Origin: Octopus bimaculoides | Lineage: Eukaryota | Direction: 5' to 3' | Length of the DNA stretch: 64,000 nucleotides | Assembly (NCBI RefSeq): GCF_001194135.2 | Contig: NC_068981.1 | Span: 161,314,386-161,378,385, forward strand | Shown here: piece by piece, positions 63,236 to 64,000 of the stretch | How the letters are laid out: the number at the start of each line of letters is the position of its first letter | How positions within the stretch are numbered: the stretch's first letter is position 1 | The notes under the pieces: generated by a model | What the model saw: only the letters and a program-made list of their open reading frames with translations | Databases searched by the model: none | What the model was told of the DNA's origin: nothing | Position numbers and translations under genes: made by a program

Positions 63236-64000
63236 ACTTTATATGTTACTGTCATCAGTTAGAATTTATAGGAAATATCATATCAGACGCAGACGTTCAA
63301 ATTTTTCTCAATAAAATGTAATATCATATATTATATATACTTGCATATCACAATCATCTACATTAGAGTATTTCTTTCTTTTTTTCTTTTTTTTTTTTTG
63401 GATAATTTTATATGCTTTCTNNNNNNNNNNTTTTTTTTTTTTTTTTTTTGGATAATTTTATATGCTTTCTTTAAACTTGTTTTATTAAGCTGTTAAATAT
63501 GTGTAATTGGTTAGTAGATAAGAGGAAAACTAATTTAAATGTTTTGAAAAAAATTCTTCGAAGTTATATTCTTGCCAACTAATATCAGAGTTCTCTTTAA
63601 TGATTATTCATATTATGTTAACTTATTCTAATTAATTATTTAATTTTTTTTTTAATTGTAATTTGATTACACACATAAATATATAGAATTTGTAACTACT
63701 GTTTGATCTATGGAGAATTTCCAAAGTAATTATCATTTTATATATGTTAACAAGAAAACTATGGTAATTGAGACACATTTTCAGACTGACAATTTCATAT
63801 ATTCTGTTTTTAGTTTTTGTGAAACTCAATATTACAAACAATTTATAAACATTATCTTGATCAAGAGTAAGTGTTTTTAAAGTAGACACATGGCTTTAAA
63901 TTTAGGATGGAGGAGGTCAGTCAATTAAGTCAAGCCTAGTATACGACTGAGACTTAATTTTATTGGCCATGCAGGAATGAAAAGCAAAGATAATCTCATG

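Overview
AT-rich, repeat-dense eukaryotic genomic DNA from a gapped assembly. The SINE, LINE and microsatellite landscape points to an octopus (coleoid cephalopod); this is inference, not a database match. The only host gene I can support is a minus-strand UBE2E-type ubiquitin-conjugating enzyme (HCN-C active-site motif). It has three coding exons (38621-38671, 15410-15542, 8259-8504) with canonical, phase-consistent splice sites and introns of 23.1 kb and 6.9 kb. Its N-terminal exon is not visible and lies beyond 64000 or in an N gap. The rest is tRNA-derived SINEs (three or four families), decayed LINEs (RTE, RTE-X-like, CR1/L2-like, R4/Dong-like), a deleted Tc1/mariner, MITEs (TA-, TTAA- and 8-bp-TSD types), foldbacks and microsatellites. 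The most interesting unannotated signal is a set of minimal type I hammerhead-ribozyme motifs. One sits inside a tRNA-headed SINE-like element (4774-4819). One is sense to the UBE2E pre-mRNA and has a perfect 13-bp helix II (39171-39251). One is at 42019-42091, and there are further decayed copies. None is shown to be active. No prokaryotic or CRISPR system is present.
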